Source of the DNA: Methanocaldococcus sp. 28A
GTDB taxonomy: Archaea; AGJL01; Methanococci; Methanococcales; Methanocaldococcaceae
Length of the DNA: 64,000 nucleotides
Assembly: GCA_049852185.1 (NCBI GenBank)
Contig: CP187540.1
Reading direction: 5' to 3' (one strand)
Part shown: piece by piece, positions 39,172-50,545 of the stretch
Numbering within the stretch: the first letter of the stretch is position 1
How the letters are laid out: the number at the start of each line of letters is the position of its first letter
Made by a program: the position numbers and the translations under genes
Notes under the pieces: model-generated
What the model saw: only the letters and a program-made list of their open reading frames with translations
Database searches by the model: none
Told to the model about the DNA's origin: nothing

Positions 39172-41997
39172 TTATTCAAGATAGATTGCTGGTTTAAATG
39201 GAATAGCCACTCTCTTTTTATTAGCCTTATCTTCACCATTAATTATAATTTCTTCAACACCAAACTCTCTCTTTAAGAATTCTTTGGCATTTTCTAAAAC
39301 TTCAACCTCATTAATAATTTCTGCATTGAGTTTTATTAGTTGATTAACTAATTTTGGAATCTCTTTACCATACTTTCTAAACTCTGGATTTTTCATAATA
39401 ATTGGCATCAATTCTTTAACTGTTTTTCCTTCATTTTCTTTAATAATCTTCAATATCTCATACTTCCAATCGTCAGCTGTATATAGGTAGATTCTCTTTG
39501 GCTGAACCTTAGCAACATTTATAATCTCTTTAATATCCTCCATAACTGATTTTAAATACTCTTCTCCTTTTTCAATTTTATCATCTATATACTCCTCCTT
39601 AACTTCTGGGAATTTAGCTAATGAAACAAATCCTTCTTTTCCTAAAATCTCCCACATCTCTTCACATAAATGTGGAGTGAAAGGAGACATCAATTTTATT
39701 ATAACTTCTAAGAACTCCTCTAAAACTCTTATATTATTTCCTCCTCTTCTTCTATACCATTTTAAGTCATCCAATAACTGATAGAGTAAAATTCCAGCTT
39801 TTCTTAGCTCAAAGTTTTCCATATATTCATCATACTGCTTAACTGCCTTATACAATCTACTTAATAACCATTTATCTATATAGCTAATCTCACTGCCTTT
39901 TTCTTCTTTTCTTTCAGCAACTTCCTTTGCAAATAAATACAGTTTTTCTAAAACCTTTTTTGTATTTTCCAATTCTTTAAACTTAATATCTGCATCTTGA
40001 GGCAATTCAGCACAGGTTGTTATATAGAATCTTCCAACATCAGCCCCAAATTTCTCAGCAACTTCTAAGACTGGTAATACTGGACCTTTTGACTTAGATA
40101 ACTTTTTCCCTTCAATTGTGACATAACCATTAACTACAATACCTTTTGGCCAGAACTCTTCTGGGAATATTGCTACGTGATTGAAGATATAGAACGTTAA
40201 ATGGTTTGGAATCAAATCTTTAGCTGAACATCTCCAATCTACTGGATAGTAATAAACAAATTCTTTCCTCATACTTTCAATAATATCCTTTGAAATGCCA
40301 GTATATTCAGCAATTTTATCTACATCACCTTTACCTAAAAAGATGTAATCAAATAACTCTAAAGTTAATTGTTCTGGCTTTATGTTATATTGGTTGATAT
40401 ACTTTGCAATTGTGTAATATGCAGGATAAATTGTTGAATCTGATAGAGATTCAATAACCCATCCCTCTTCAAATGGAAACTTTGTTCCTAAACCTCTTCT
40501 TCTAACACATGCCTTATCCTTCATCCAATCGATTTTTTCATGGAACACTTGTCTTAAATTCTCAGGAATGAATTTCATCTTATCTACACATTTATGAGCC
40601 AATTCTTTCCATTTTTCGTCAGAATATTTGATAAACCACTGTCCTTTAACCATTTTAACTATACATGGAGTTCCACATCTACAAATAACCTTTTCTTCAC
40701 TAAATTCATACATAACCTCAGCAAGTCCTTTGTCTATTAAATCCTTTGTTAATTTGTCTTTAATCTCCCTAACAGGAATTCCCTCATACTCTAAACAGTT
40801 TTCATTTAAAATTCCTTTGTGGAACTCATCCTTGTAGATTTTTTTAGTAGCCTCCTCTAATTTATCCTCTTCTTCTTGATTTTTAAGGCCCATTTTTTCA
40901 ACAATCTCCTTTGCAGGATATTTTCCATAACCAGGAACTTTAATTAATGGAATTAATCCAATTTCATCAACTAAACCTAAATCTCTTAATGCTATATAAT
41001 CATAAGGTGCATGTGCTGGAACTGACATAACGCAACCAGTTCCAATATTTGTTTTTACAAACTTAGCTGGTAATATTGGGACCTCTTTCCCAGTTACTGG
41101 GTTTTTTACCTTTTTGTTTATAAGTTGTTCTCCTTTAAATTCTTCAATAATCTCTATCTTTCTATTTTGGTGTTTTAATTTCTCAGCACATTCCTTTGCC
41201 ATTATCCATATACCATTATCAATTAATTCAATTCCTTCCTCATTTTCTTTCTCTAAGTAAACTTTTGCCTTAACATAAGTTGCTTCAGGATTAACCCAAA
41301 CGTTTGTTACTCCAAAGACGGTTTCAGGTCTTAAAGTAGCCATTGGCATTATACAGCCATCTTCTGTTGTGAATTTTATTAAGATATATTCAACTAAAGT
41401 AGCATTTTCTCCTTCCAATAAGTCATGGTCTTCTACGGGGTTGTCACATCCTGGACAGTATCTAACAGGATGAGAACCTTTAATAATCAATCCTTTCTCT
41501 TTTAATTTGTGGAATTGCCATTCTATAAATTTATTGAAAACTTTATCATCCGTCTTAAAGTTTCTTCTCCAATCTAAGCTAAATCCCATTCTTTTAAATG
41601 CCTCTTCAGCTTTTTTTGAGAAATATTCAACAATTTTTTCTGGTGTTGTTAGCTCTAAAAGCTCTTCTTTTGGAATGCCATGCAACTCAGTATATGCCCA
41701 TATTGTTTTCTCGTCTCTATTTTTTATCAACTCAGCTAAACCTAAGATTGGAGTTCCTGTAACATGATAACCAAAAGTCCATAAAACATTCTTATTTTTC
41801 ATTCTTTGGAATCTTGCAACAACTTCTGGAATTGTAAAGGTTCTAAGATGCCCAGCATGTAAGACCCCATTTAAATATGGAAACGCCGCAGTTATAAAGA
41901 ATTTCTCTCTATCATCTGGATTAGCTTCAAATATTCTCTCTTTTTCCCATCTTTTTTGCCATTTTTTTTCTATCTCTTTAAAGTTAATCATAACCAT
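39172..41997 (-). CDS. leuS: Leucine--tRNA ligase
   Basis: HAGH, KLSKS, TLRPET, GTGCVMSVPAHAP. Confidence 0.97.
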   Translation of the reverse strand: MVMINFKEIEKKWQKRWEKERIFEANPDDREKFFITAAFPYLNGVLHAGHLRTFTIPEVVARFQRMKNKNVLWTFGYHVTGTPILGLAELIKNRDEKTIWAYTELHGIPKEELLELTTPEKIVEYFSKKAEEAFKRMGFSLDWRRNFKTDDKVFNKFIEWQFHKLKEKGLIIKGSHPVRYCPGCDNPVEDHDLLEGENATLVEYILIKFTTEDGCIMPMATLRPETVFGVTNVWVNPEATYVKAKVYLEKENEEGIELIDNGIWIMAKECAEKLKHQNRKIEIIEEFKGEQLINKKVKNPVTGKEVPILPAKFVKTNIGTGCVMSVPAHAPYDYIALRDLGLVDEIGLIPLIKVPGYGKYPAKEIVEKMGLKNQEEEDKLEEATKKIYKDEFHKGILNENCLEYEGIPVREIKDKLTKDLIDKGLAEVMYEFSEEKVICRCGTPCIVKMVKGQWFIKYSDEKWKELAHKCVDKMKFIPENLRQVFHEKIDWMKDKACVRRRGLGTKFPFEEGWVIESLSDSTIYPAYYTIAKYINQYNIKPEQLTLELFDYIFLGKGDVDKIAEYTGISKDIIESMRKEFVYYYPVDWRCSAKDLIPNHLTFYIFNHVAIFPEEFWPKGIVVNGYVTIEGKKLSKSKGPVLPVLEVAEKFGADVGRFYITTCAELPQDADIKFKELENTKKVLEKLYLFAKEVAERKEEKGSEISYIDKWLLSRLYKAVKQYDEYMENFELRKAGILLYQLLDDLKWYRRRGGNNIRVLEEFLEVIIKLMSPFTPHLCEEMWEILGKEGFVSLAKFPEVKEEYIDDKIEKGEEYLKSVMEDIKEIINVAKVQPKRIYLYTADDWKYEILKIIKENEGKTVKELMPIIMKNPEFRKYGKEIPKLVNQLIKLNAEIINEVEVLENAKEFLKREFGVEEIIINGEDKANKKRVAIPFKPAIYLE

Positions 41998-42026
41998 CAC
42001 ATCCTTATTTTATTTGTTTTAATTAT

Positions 42027-42542
42027 TTATTCTGTTAATTTTAGCTCTTTTATAATCTCAATAATTATGTGAGCTAATTTATTTCCAGCTAATTTAACCT
42101 CTTCAGACATTGGGCAGAAATCTATTATTTTTGGCTGAATTCCTAAAATTATTATTTCACTATTTATAAATTTTTTTAAATATTTGACTATTATAGATAA
42201 AGGCAATGTATGAGTTGAGAAACTGTAATTTATTATTTCATCCTCTTTTATAATCTTAACTTCTCCAACATCTTTATCCATTAACGCACAATCAATTATT
42301 AAAATGTGGGTAGGATTTATTTCTTTTAGAACATCAGTAAAAAAGTCAGGAACAGTTCCAGCATTTATTAAATAGAGATTTTTAATATTTACAATCTCTT
42401 TCTCTTTATCTATTTTAAGGTATTCCATTAATTTTTTGATTACATATATTCCAACAGCATCATCTCCTTTTAACTCATTTCCAATACCCATAATAACCAA
42501 TTTTTTACAACCTTTTAATTTATTTAATAATATTTTCTTCAT
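42027..42542 (-). CDS. hycI: Hydrogenase maturation protease
   Basis: GIGNELKGDDAVG, AGTVP, STHTLP. Confidence 0.88.
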   Translation of the reverse strand: MKKILLNKLKGCKKLVIMGIGNELKGDDAVGIYVIKKLMEYLKIDKEKEIVNIKNLYLINAGTVPDFFTDVLKEINPTHILIIDCALMDKDVGEVKIIKEDEIINYSFSTHTLPLSIIVKYLKKFINSEIIILGIQPKIIDFCPMSEEVKLAGNKLAHIIIEIIKELKLTE

Positions 42543-42552
42543 TGTTATCATC

Positions 42553-43449
42553 TTATTTCTGCAAAATTCCTATTATAAAACCAACTATTAAAGCAATTAT
42601 AGGAGCTAACATCCACCAAAAAATTATTTTTTTTAAAACATTCAATCTTACAGTTTTTATCCCCTTAGTTAAACCTACCCCTAAAATCCCCCCAACTATT
42701 GCTTGAGTTGTTGAAACTGGCATTCCTAAGGCGGTGAATATTGTAACCGCCAAACCCCCAGAGAGCTGAGCTATAAATGCAGAGGTTACACTTAAATTTG
42801 TTATCATAGATAATGTCTCTGAAACTCTGTTTCCATATAAGTAAGCTCCCAAACATAAAAAAATAGCTCCAATAACATAAATTATTTGAGATGTAGTAAA
42901 TGTCCCTAAAACAGTAGGTAAGTCATTACTTCCTAAATTAAATGCAACTACACCAGCACTTATTAATAAGAGACATTTAATCATAGTTATCTTTTTGAGT
43001 ATTGGAATTTCTATCTTTTCATAAGCTAAATACATCACATATGCAATTATAACTGCTATAATTGGGGATAGTATCCAACTTAGTAATATTTCACCAAATA
43101 CAGTCAAATTTGATGAACTAAAACTTAATCCAATCAGAGAGCAGATAATAACTGTATGTAGTGATATTGGCACTTTTTTGTATGTTGAGAGTGTCATAAC
43201 TAACGCTGAAATTATTAGAGCCATTAAAGCATCAGAAGATATACTATTTACAGTATTTCCAACATTTTTAGCAAATAATGAGCCAATTATAACACAGACA
43301 CTAAATAAAATTAATAAATTCCTATATGTTGTAGCTCTTGAGGCATAAGCAGTGCCAATAGCATTAGCAACATTATTAGCTCCAAGAATAAATAACAAAT
43401 AAAAACTTATAATTAACTCTAAATCTATGGAAATTTCTATGTCAATCAC
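42553..43449 (-). CDS. PiT family inorganic phosphate transporter
   Basis: GANNVANAIG, GSND, PVSTT. Confidence 0.88.
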   Translation of the reverse strand: MIDIEISIDLELIISFYLLFILGANNVANAIGTAYASRATTYRNLLILFSVCVIIGSLFAKNVGNTVNSISSDALMALIISALVMTLSTYKKVPISLHTVIICSLIGLSFSSSNLTVFGEILLSWILSPIIAVIIAYVMYLAYEKIEIPILKKITMIKCLLLISAGVVAFNLGSNDLPTVLGTFTTSQIIYVIGAIFLCLGAYLYGNRVSETLSMITNLSVTSAFIAQLSGGLAVTIFTALGMPVSTTQAIVGGILGVGLTKGIKTVRLNVLKKIIFWWMLAPIIALIVGFIIGILQK

Positions 43450-43464
43450 CTATTATAATAGAAC

Positions 43465-44109
43465 TTATTTTATGTGTAAATAAAGAATATGTAATTCATC
43501 AGCTACATCCTCTATGTAGTCGCTGATATTTACAATGTATTCAATAAAGTCACACAATATTTTTCCTTCCCAAAATGATACGACTTCCAAATTAATTAAA
43601 TACTTATAAATCTTATTTTGGTAGATGTCATCAATAAATTTTTCTTTATCTTTAATCTCTTTAATAAGAGGGTCTAAATCCCCACCTTTTTCAATAACAT
43701 CTAAAACTCTTTCTAAATATTTAAACATATCCACAGTAATCATTAAAACCAAATCAATTTCATCTTTTAAATACTCATCAAGCTCTTCCTTTAATAACTC
43801 ATACAACATAGCAGCATGCTTTAAGCTGTCTAATGTTTCATCTAAAAGTTCTGCAGAACTTGACAACTCTCTTCTCATATTTGGTAAAAAAGCTTTTTCT
43901 AAGTTTATCCTTATATTTTTTGTAGTCTCATCCCCTTCTTCCTCTATTTTTATTATTTCTTTCAATATTTTTTCATCTTTGGAGTTCATATACTCTTTCA
44001 ATAACTCAATACTTTTTAGAGACATGCGAATTAGCAACCTAAGGTTTTCTAAAACTATTTTCTCATTATTTCTTTCAAATAAAAAAATAGACATAGTAAT
44101 CACATCCAT
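43465..44109 (-). CDS. DUF47 (PhoU-like) phosphate transport regulator
   Basis: EEEGD, EKFID, SDYIEDVAD; adjacent to PiT. Confidence 0.85.
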   Translation of the reverse strand: MDVITMSIFLFERNNEKIVLENLRLLIRMSLKSIELLKEYMNSKDEKILKEIIKIEEEGDETTKNIRINLEKAFLPNMRRELSSSAELLDETLDSLKHAAMLYELLKEELDEYLKDEIDLVLMITVDMFKYLERVLDVIEKGGDLDPLIKEIKDKEKFIDDIYQNKIYKYLINLEVVSFWEGKILCDFIEYIVNISDYIEDVADELHILYLHIK

Positions 44110-44135
44110 TTTATAAAAATTTTTAATAAAAACGT

Positions 44136-44747
44136 TTAGGATTTATTTTTAGTAGCTATTTTTATTCCATTTTTATCAATAATAGCAACAGCACATGCAA
44201 CTGGATGTTCAAATTCCTCATAATTTAATATATAATCAGCTATTTCTTCAGCAGTTTCTCCTTCAATATCTAAAATTTGGTTTTCATCTATTTTACAAGC
44301 ATTATAAACTCCTAAATAATAACCTTTCCTTTCTTTTAACTCAACCTTTTTAACTCTAATATCATCATGAGCAACATAACCCATATAACATTCATTTTTA
44401 TCTAAAACAGCTGCAATCCTTGGGGTTTTATAATCATCTTTCTCATAGTCCATAACTGATAGCACATAAATTAACGCATCTCTTTTCCCAAAGTGTAATT
44501 TTTCAGCTATAAAATCAGTATGTGAGCCGTTAGATGCAACAACAACATTATCAACAACTTTTATACAATTATAGGTTATATAAGGATTTTTAAAGATTTC
44601 ATTTAGGTCTTTTGGAATTATAGCTACTGTATTGTTATTTATTTTTCTTGCTTCTCTATTTGGAAAGCTTCTACTTGAAACTCTATATGCAACAAATGAC
44701 TTTCCGTCTTTTGTTTTCCCTGCAACTAAAAATCTTCCAATATACAT
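44136..44747 (-). CDS. purO: Archaeal IMP cyclohydrolase
   Basis: [37 protein letters not shown]; likely start 44747. Confidence 0.93.
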   Translation of the reverse strand: MYIGRFLVAGKTKDGKSFVAYRVSSRSFPNREARKINNNTVAIIPKDLNEIFKNPYITYNCIKVVDNVVVASNGSHTDFIAEKLHFGKRDALIYVLSVMDYEKDDYKTPRIAAVLDKNECYMGYVAHDDIRVKKVELKERKGYYLGVYNACKIDENQILDIEGETAEEIADYILNYEEFEHPVACAVAIIDKNGIKIATKNKS

Positions 44748-44772
44748 TTGAGTCCCTCCTTTCTCTTTAATT

Positions 44773-44934
44773 TTATTCAATTTTAATTGCATTAATCGGG
44801 CAATATCTTGCACAAATTCCACAGTTTGAGCATTTGTTCTTATCAATTATAGCAACTCCATATGTTTTTATTGCCTTTTTTGGGCAGAATACAACACAAT
44901 TTCCACATCCAACACATTTCTCCAAGATTTTCAT
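44773..44934 (-). CDS. 2[4Fe-4S] ferredoxin (53 aa)
   Basis: Manual translation [53 protein letters not shown]; not in ORF track. Confidence 0.9.
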   Translation of the reverse strand: MKILEKCVGCGNCVVFCPKKAIKTYGVAIIDKNKCSNCGICARYCPINAIKIE

Positions 44935-44967
44935 ATTCTCACTAAAAAACGTATTATAATATATATT

Positions 44968-45444
44968 CTAGTCTATTGGAATTAACTTAGCCTCTAACTT
45001 GTCTTCAATATTTAGCTTCATAATTGATTTTAGAGGACATCTTGGGACTGTTGGCGAACCTGGATTTAATAATATAATATCTCCACAATCATCTATAAAT
45101 GGTGTGTGGGTATGTCCAGATATTAAAACATTAACTCCCATCTCCTTACCTAACAGCTTTAATTTTAATCTATCTCCTCTTGGATAAACTACATCTCCAT
45201 GAATCACTCCTATTTTTATACCATTTATATCTAAAATTTCTCTTTTTGGTAAATCAAGATAATCCATATTTCCCTTAACAGCTACAACCCTTGCTAAATC
45301 TTTTAATATATTTAAAATCTCTTCATCAGTCACATCTCCACAGTGAATAATTAAATCCACATTAGAAAATTCATCAAAAACAGTTTTTGGCAACTCAAAA
45401 GCTCTATCATAGAGATGAGTATCAGAAATAACACCAATAAGCAT
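44968..45444 (-). CDS. YfcE/Vps29-like metallophosphoesterase
   Basis: SDTH, HCGD, GNMD, GHTH, NPGS. Confidence 0.9.
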   Translation of the reverse strand: MLIGVISDTHLYDRAFELPKTVFDEFSNVDLIIHCGDVTDEEILNILKDLARVVAVKGNMDYLDLPKREILDINGIKIGVIHGDVVYPRGDRLKLKLLGKEMGVNVLISGHTHTPFIDDCGDIILLNPGSPTVPRCPLKSIMKLNIEDKLEAKLIPID

Positions 45445-45499
45445 AATCTCCCCTTATAAAATTAAGGATAAAAAATAAAAAAAGAACTCAAAAAATGGT

Positions 45500-45823
45500 G
45501 GTGTGCATGGCTTCCTTGGGGTGGGCATGTCCTCCAACCCTCTCTCGCCCCCAGACTCCTTCTCAGCCCCGCTTACCCGTGAGCGCCGACGTCCTGCCTA
45601 CCGTTGCTCCCTTCCGGGCCTGGCGGGGTTCGGCAGACAAAGGGGGTTACATCTCCCTTACAGGAGATGCTCCCCCACCGCCGAGCCCCACGGGACGAGG
45701 CATCATCGAGGAGTCTGGGAAGAGAGGGTTAGAGAACATGCCGCCCCCAAGTTTTCGGCCCCCGCATAAGGGCGATTTCGGGTTACAGGGGACGCCCAAC
45801 CCCCCGGCCTAGCCATGCACACC
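45500..45823 (-). ncRNA. ffs: Signal recognition particle (7S) RNA
   Basis: GC-rich; terminal helix GGTGTGCATGGCT/AGCCATGCACACC; helix 8 GCCAGGCCCGGAAGGGAGCAAC; TATA upstream, T-run downstream. Confidence 0.95.
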
Positions 45824-46065
45824 AATAAATAATATATTACAACTCTTTATATATAGTTTGTGGTAGTGCGTTAGAAGCACATTACCATAATTTTTAAGGT
45901 TAAATATATATAATTGGAAAAAATATAGTGTAAATTTGTTATGGTTATTTCAACTACCATCTAATAGTTATTGGCTTATTCTTAATTTTTAGATTGTAAG
46001 GTTATTGTGTGTAATTTAAATGTAAAATAGAAAAATCTTAATAAATCAATATAAGGATGATAATT

Positions 46066-47166
46066 ATGAAACTCGTAAAAGATGCCTTATCAAGAAGTGA
46101 CACAACTAAATACTTAAAAGATGAATTTGGTGAAGCAAGAATAGTAGTAGTTGGATGTGGTGGAGCAGGTAATAACACAATTAACAGACTAATGGAAATT
46201 GGTATTCAAGGAGCAGAAACAATAGCTATAAACACAGATAAACAACATTTAGAAATAATACAAGCTGATAAGAAAATTTTAATTGGGGCTACGTTAACAA
46301 GAGGTTTAGGTGCTGGAGGGTATCCAGAGATTGGGAGAAAGGCAGCAGAAATGGCTAAAAATATATTGGAGGAGCAGTTAAAAGGAGCTGATTTAGTTTT
46401 TGTCACTGCAGGAATGGGTGGAGGAACTGGAACAGGTTCAGCTCCAGTTGTGGCTGAAGTAGCTAAAGAAAACGGAGCTATAGTTGTTGGAGTTGTAACA
46501 TACCCATTTAAAATTGAGAGAGCAAGAATGAAAAAGGCAGATGAAGGAATTGCAAGAATGTCTGAGGTTTGTGATACTGTAATTATTATAGATAATAATA
46601 AGCTTTTGGATTTAGTTCCAAACTTGCCTATAAATGATGCATTTAAAGTGGCTGATGAAATTATAGCTCAAGCTGTTAAGGGGATAACTGAAACTATAGC
46701 TGTTCCAAGCTTAATAAATATTGACTTTGCAGATGTTAAGGCAATTATGGGCGGTGGAGGAGTGGCAATGATTGGAGTTGGTGAAGTAGATAGTAGTGAT
46801 AGAGGAGATAGAGTTCAAAATATAGTGAGAGAAACTTTAAGCTGCCCATTATTGGATGTTGATTATAAAGGAGCTAAAGGAGCATTAATTCATATAACTG
46901 GAGGTCCTGATTTGACATTAAAAGAAGCTAATGATATTGGAGAAGGGATTACAAGCCAACTTGACCCTGATGCAAATGTTATATGGGGAGCAAGAATAGA
47001 CCCAGAGATGGAAGGATGTATTAGAGTTATGGCAATAATTACTGGAGTTAAGTCACCAAATATTGTAGGAAAAGATTCAAAACCAATAAGATTAATACCA
47101 AAAGTTTCAAAAGAGCAAAATCAGAGAAGAGAACGAAGAAAATGTAACATTGACTTTATAGTATAA
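46066..47166 (+). CDS. ftsZ: Cell division protein FtsZ (FtsZ2 type)
   Basis: GGAGNN, GGGTGTG, NIDFAD. Confidence 0.96.
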   Translation: MKLVKDALSRSDTTKYLKDEFGEARIVVVGCGGAGNNTINRLMEIGIQGAETIAINTDKQHLEIIQADKKILIGATLTRGLGAGGYPEIGRKAAEMAKNILEEQLKGADLVFVTAGMGGGTGTGSAPVVAEVAKENGAIVVGVVTYPFKIERARMKKADEGIARMSEVCDTVIIIDNNKLLDLVPNLPINDAFKVADEIIAQAVKGITETIAVPSLINIDFADVKAIMGGGGVAMIGVGEVDSSDRGDRVQNIVRETLSCPLLDVDYKGAKGALIHITGGPDLTLKEANDIGEGITSQLDPDANVIWGARIDPEMEGCIRVMAIITGVKSPNIVGKDSKPIRLIPKVSKEQNQRRERRKCNIDFIV

Positions 47167-47221
47167 ATTTTTAAAAATTTCTAATTTTAATTTTTTAATT
47201 TTAATTATTTAGGGGTTGTTT

Positions 47222-47740
47222 ATGAAAGCCTGCGAAAGATTGTTATTAAAAATTGAATCACCAGAAAAATTTATTGAAGAATTTAAAAGAATTTTACTTG
47301 AGTTGGGATTAACTTTAAAAGAATTTTCTGAAATTTCCGGAATTCCATATAGCACACTATATAAAGTTGTTCAAGGGAAAGATTTTAGGGTTTCAACACT
47401 TATAAAAATTTTAAAGACAATAAGGTCTTTTGAAAAAGATGAGGATATTGAGACTATAGCAATTATAGCTGCAAGACCTGCTTTAAATAAAATTACAAGA
47501 AGAAAAATAGAAATTAATGGAAAAAGTTATTTAATAAAGGAGTATCCTGCGGGTTCTTTAGAAGAGTGTATTGTTGCCGCGGTTAGAGCTGAAAGAGAAG
47601 GAGTTAAGGGCATTGTTTGCGCTCCTATTGTTAGTGCAACTATTGAAAAAATTGTTAATGTTCCTGTAGCTGTTATTATTCCAGAGAAAGATGCGTTTAT
47701 GAAAGCATTAGAGATAATTGCAAAGAAAATAAATGGATAA
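47222..47740 (+). CDS. Predicted transcriptional regulator (Cro/XRE HTH)
   Basis: LTLKEFSEISGIPYSTLYK HTH. Confidence 0.8.
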   Translation: MKACERLLLKIESPEKFIEEFKRILLELGLTLKEFSEISGIPYSTLYKVVQGKDFRVSTLIKILKTIRSFEKDEDIETIAIIAARPALNKITRRKIEINGKSYLIKEYPAGSLEECIVAAVRAEREGVKGIVCAPIVSATIEKIVNVPVAVIIPEKDAFMKALEIIAKKING

Positions 47741-47749
47741 AGTTAGTTT

Positions 47750-48625
47750 TTATTTTTTAACATGCTGAATTATTTTCTCTAAAAGCTTATCAGCAATATT
47801 AACTTTAGATACTTTAGATAGTCCAATCCAAGAGGGTGTTGAATTAACCTCCAAAATTTTTAAACCATCTTCTGACTCAATTAAATCAACCCCTGCATAA
47901 AATAAACCAATAGCATTTTTTGCTTTTAGAGCCAATTTTTCAATTTCATCAGTTATTTCACATTCTTCTATTTTAGCTCCCTGAGAAACATTGTTTTTCC
48001 AATTTTCGCCTCCAATTCTATACATTGCTGCAACAACTTCATCATCAACTACAAAAGCTCTAATATCTCTATGTTCATTATCTAATGGTTTTATAAATTC
48101 TTGAATGTAGAATGTTTTATATTTCTCTTTAAATTCATCTAAAGTATTTAATTTAGTAGAAATTGGAGACTCTCTTGTAATTTTAATAATTCCCTCCCCT
48201 CCACATCCAAATATTGGTTTTAAAACAGCTTCACCAAATGAATCTATCCAAACTATGGCTTCATTTATACTCTCTGTAACAACAGTTTTTGGCTGTGGGA
48301 GGTTGTTTAATTCAAGAAATATTGAAGTTAAAAACTTATTTGAAGCTATATCTATAGCCTCTGGAGGATTTATAACAATAACATATTGATTTAAATATTT
48401 TAACACATCAAATCTAAAAAAACTATCCCAACCAAGATTTCTAACAAAACAGCAATCTAATTCATTTAAGAATGATTTATAATATTTCAATTTAAAATCT
48501 AAATTAAACCCTGCTACAATTTTTGTAGGGTTGATAATTTTGTAATCAACTTCAAACTTTTTGCAAGATTTTATTAAATCATTAATAACCTCATCTCTAT
48601 CTATGGTAATTATACCAAGCTTCAT
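47750..48625 (-). CDS. mptN: RimK-family ATP-grasp ligase (tetrahydromethanopterin:glutamate ligase)
   Basis: KPIFGCGGEG, QEFI, DIRAFV, EVNSTP; MJ0620-like. Confidence 0.75.
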   Translation of the reverse strand: MKLGIITIDRDEVINDLIKSCKKFEVDYKIINPTKIVAGFNLDFKLKYYKSFLNELDCCFVRNLGWDSFFRFDVLKYLNQYVIVINPPEAIDIASNKFLTSIFLELNNLPQPKTVVTESINEAIVWIDSFGEAVLKPIFGCGGEGIIKITRESPISTKLNTLDEFKEKYKTFYIQEFIKPLDNEHRDIRAFVVDDEVVAAMYRIGGENWKNNVSQGAKIEECEITDEIEKLALKAKNAIGLFYAGVDLIESEDGLKILEVNSTPSWIGLSKVSKVNIADKLLEKIIQHVKK

Positions 48626-48750
48626 AATATCACAATTTTAAATTTTTATAAATATTAGCAATTATTAAGTATTAGTTATTAGAACCTTTCTATTAAACAA
48701 ACTATAATTATGGTTATGAAAGAATAATATTAAATTATTATGGTGATGAT

Positions 48751-50256
48751 ATGGAGAAAAAAACATTATCACTTTGCCCCATATGTTTAAAAAGAATTCC
48801 TGCAACAATTTTAGAGGAAGATGGAAAAATTGTTATCAAAAAAACTTGTCCAGAGCATGGGGAGTTTAAAGATATATATTGGGGAGATTCAAAATTATAT
48901 AAAAAATTTGATGACTATGGATTTATTGGAAAAGTTGAAATAACAAATACAAATGTAAAAAATGGCTGTCCATTTGATTGTGGTCTTTGCCCAAATCATA
49001 AATCTACAACTATACTGGCTAATATAGATGTGACAAATAGATGTAATTTAAACTGCCCTATATGTTTTGCCAATGCTAATAAATCAGGAAAGGTTTATGA
49101 GCCATCTTTTGAAGATATAAAGAGGATGATGGAAAATTTAAGAAGAGAAGTTCCACCAACGCCTGCTATTCAGTTCGCAGGAGGAGAACCAACTGTAAGA
49201 CCTGATTTACCTGAATTAATAAGACTGGCAAAAGATATGGGATTCTTGCACGTGCAGTTAGCAACAAATGGTATAAAATTAAAGAACATAAATTATCTTA
49301 AAAAGTTAAAAGAGGCTGGATTATCAACAATCTATTTACAGTTTGATGGAATCTCTGAAAAACCCTATATAATTGCAAGAGGAAAAAATCTCCTTCCTAT
49401 AAAACAGAAAGTTATTGAAAATTGTAGAGAGGTTAATTTTGATAGTGTTGTTTTGGTTCCTACATTAGTTAGAGGAGTTAATGATAACGAAATAGGAGGA
49501 ATTATAAGATATGCTGCTGAGAATATAGATGTTGTTAGAGGAATTAATTTCCAACCAGTTTCATTTGCTGGAAGAGTTGATGAAAGAACAAGATTAGAAG
49601 GAAGAATAACAATCCCTGACTTTATAAAATTAGTGGAAGAGCAAACAGATGGGGAGATTTGTGAAGATGACTTTTACCCTGTTCCATCAGTAGCTCCAAT
49701 CTCTGTGTTGGTTGAAAAATTAACCAATGATAGAAAGCCAATATTAAGTTCTCATCAGCATTGTGGAGCATCAACTTATGTTTTTGTTGATGAAGATGGA
49801 AAATTAATCCCATTACCAAGATTTATAGACATTGAAGGGTTCTTTGAAATGGTTAAAGAAAAGATAGATGAAATTGGAAAATCAAAAATAAAGGATGTTA
49901 AAGTTTTAGGAGAAATTGCTCTAAAATTACCATCTCTAATTGATTTAGATAAAGCTCCAAAATCAGTAAATATAAAAACAATAATTGATTTAATTATTGG
50001 AGTTTTAAAGAGCGACTATAAAGCTTTAGCTGAACTACACTACCACATGTTGATGATTAGCTGTATGCACTTTATGGATGCATACAACTTTGATGTTAGG
50101 AGAGTAGAGAGATGTTGCATCCATTACGCAACCCCTGATAACAGAATAATTCCATTTTGTACATATAACACAATATATAGACCGGAAGTTGAAAAAAAAT
50201 TTTCAATACCGTTAGAAGAATGGAGAAAACTGCATAAAATGGGAGAAAATGATTGA
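48751..50256 (+). CDS. tes: Radical SAM tetraether/macrocyclic archaeol synthase (Tes / GDGT-MAS)
   Basis: N-terminal CPIC/CPEHG, CPFDCGLC, CNLNCPIC, C-terminal CCIHY..PFC; MJ0619-like. Confidence 0.85.
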   Translation: MEKKTLSLCPICLKRIPATILEEDGKIVIKKTCPEHGEFKDIYWGDSKLYKKFDDYGFIGKVEITNTNVKNGCPFDCGLCPNHKSTTILANIDVTNRCNLNCPICFANANKSGKVYEPSFEDIKRMMENLRREVPPTPAIQFAGGEPTVRPDLPELIRLAKDMGFLHVQLATNGIKLKNINYLKKLKEAGLSTIYLQFDGISEKPYIIARGKNLLPIKQKVIENCREVNFDSVVLVPTLVRGVNDNEIGGIIRYAAENIDVVRGINFQPVSFAGRVDERTRLEGRITIPDFIKLVEEQTDGEICEDDFYPVPSVAPISVLVEKLTNDRKPILSSHQHCGASTYVFVDEDGKLIPLPRFIDIEGFFEMVKEKIDEIGKSKIKDVKVLGEIALKLPSLIDLDKAPKSVNIKTIIDLIIGVLKSDYKALAELHYHMLMISCMHFMDAYNFDVRRVERCCIHYATPDNRIIPFCTYNTIYRPEVEKKFSIPLEEWRKLHKMGEND

Positions 50257-50545
50257 AAAAATAGTTAAAGAAAGTAAAGATGGAGTTTTAATTGATATCG
50301 ATGTCCAAGCTGGAGCTAAAAAGAATGAGATTACAGGAATAAATGAGTGGAGAAAGAGATTAGCTATAAAAATAAAAGCTCCTGCAACAGAAGGAAAGGC
50401 TAACAAGGAGATAATTAAATTTTTTAAGGATATTTTCAAAAAAGATGTTGAAATAGTTACTGGGAAGTTAAATCCACAAAAAACTATATTAATAAAAGGT
50501 ATAAAAAAAGATGACGTTGTTGAAATATTAAAAAAATTATTTTAA
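50249..50545 (+). CDS. DUF167/UPF0235 protein
   Basis: APATEGKANKE motif. Confidence 0.85.
   Translation: MIEKIVKESKDGVLIDIDVQAGAKKNEITGINEWRKRLAIKIKAPATEGKANKEIIKFFKDIFKKDVEIVTGKLNPQKTILIKGIKKDDVVEILKKLF

Noticed and set aside
45495-45812. Two GC-rich plus-strand ORFs (105 and 88 aa)
   Set aside because: Antisense shadows of the SRP RNA; composition unlike real proteins here
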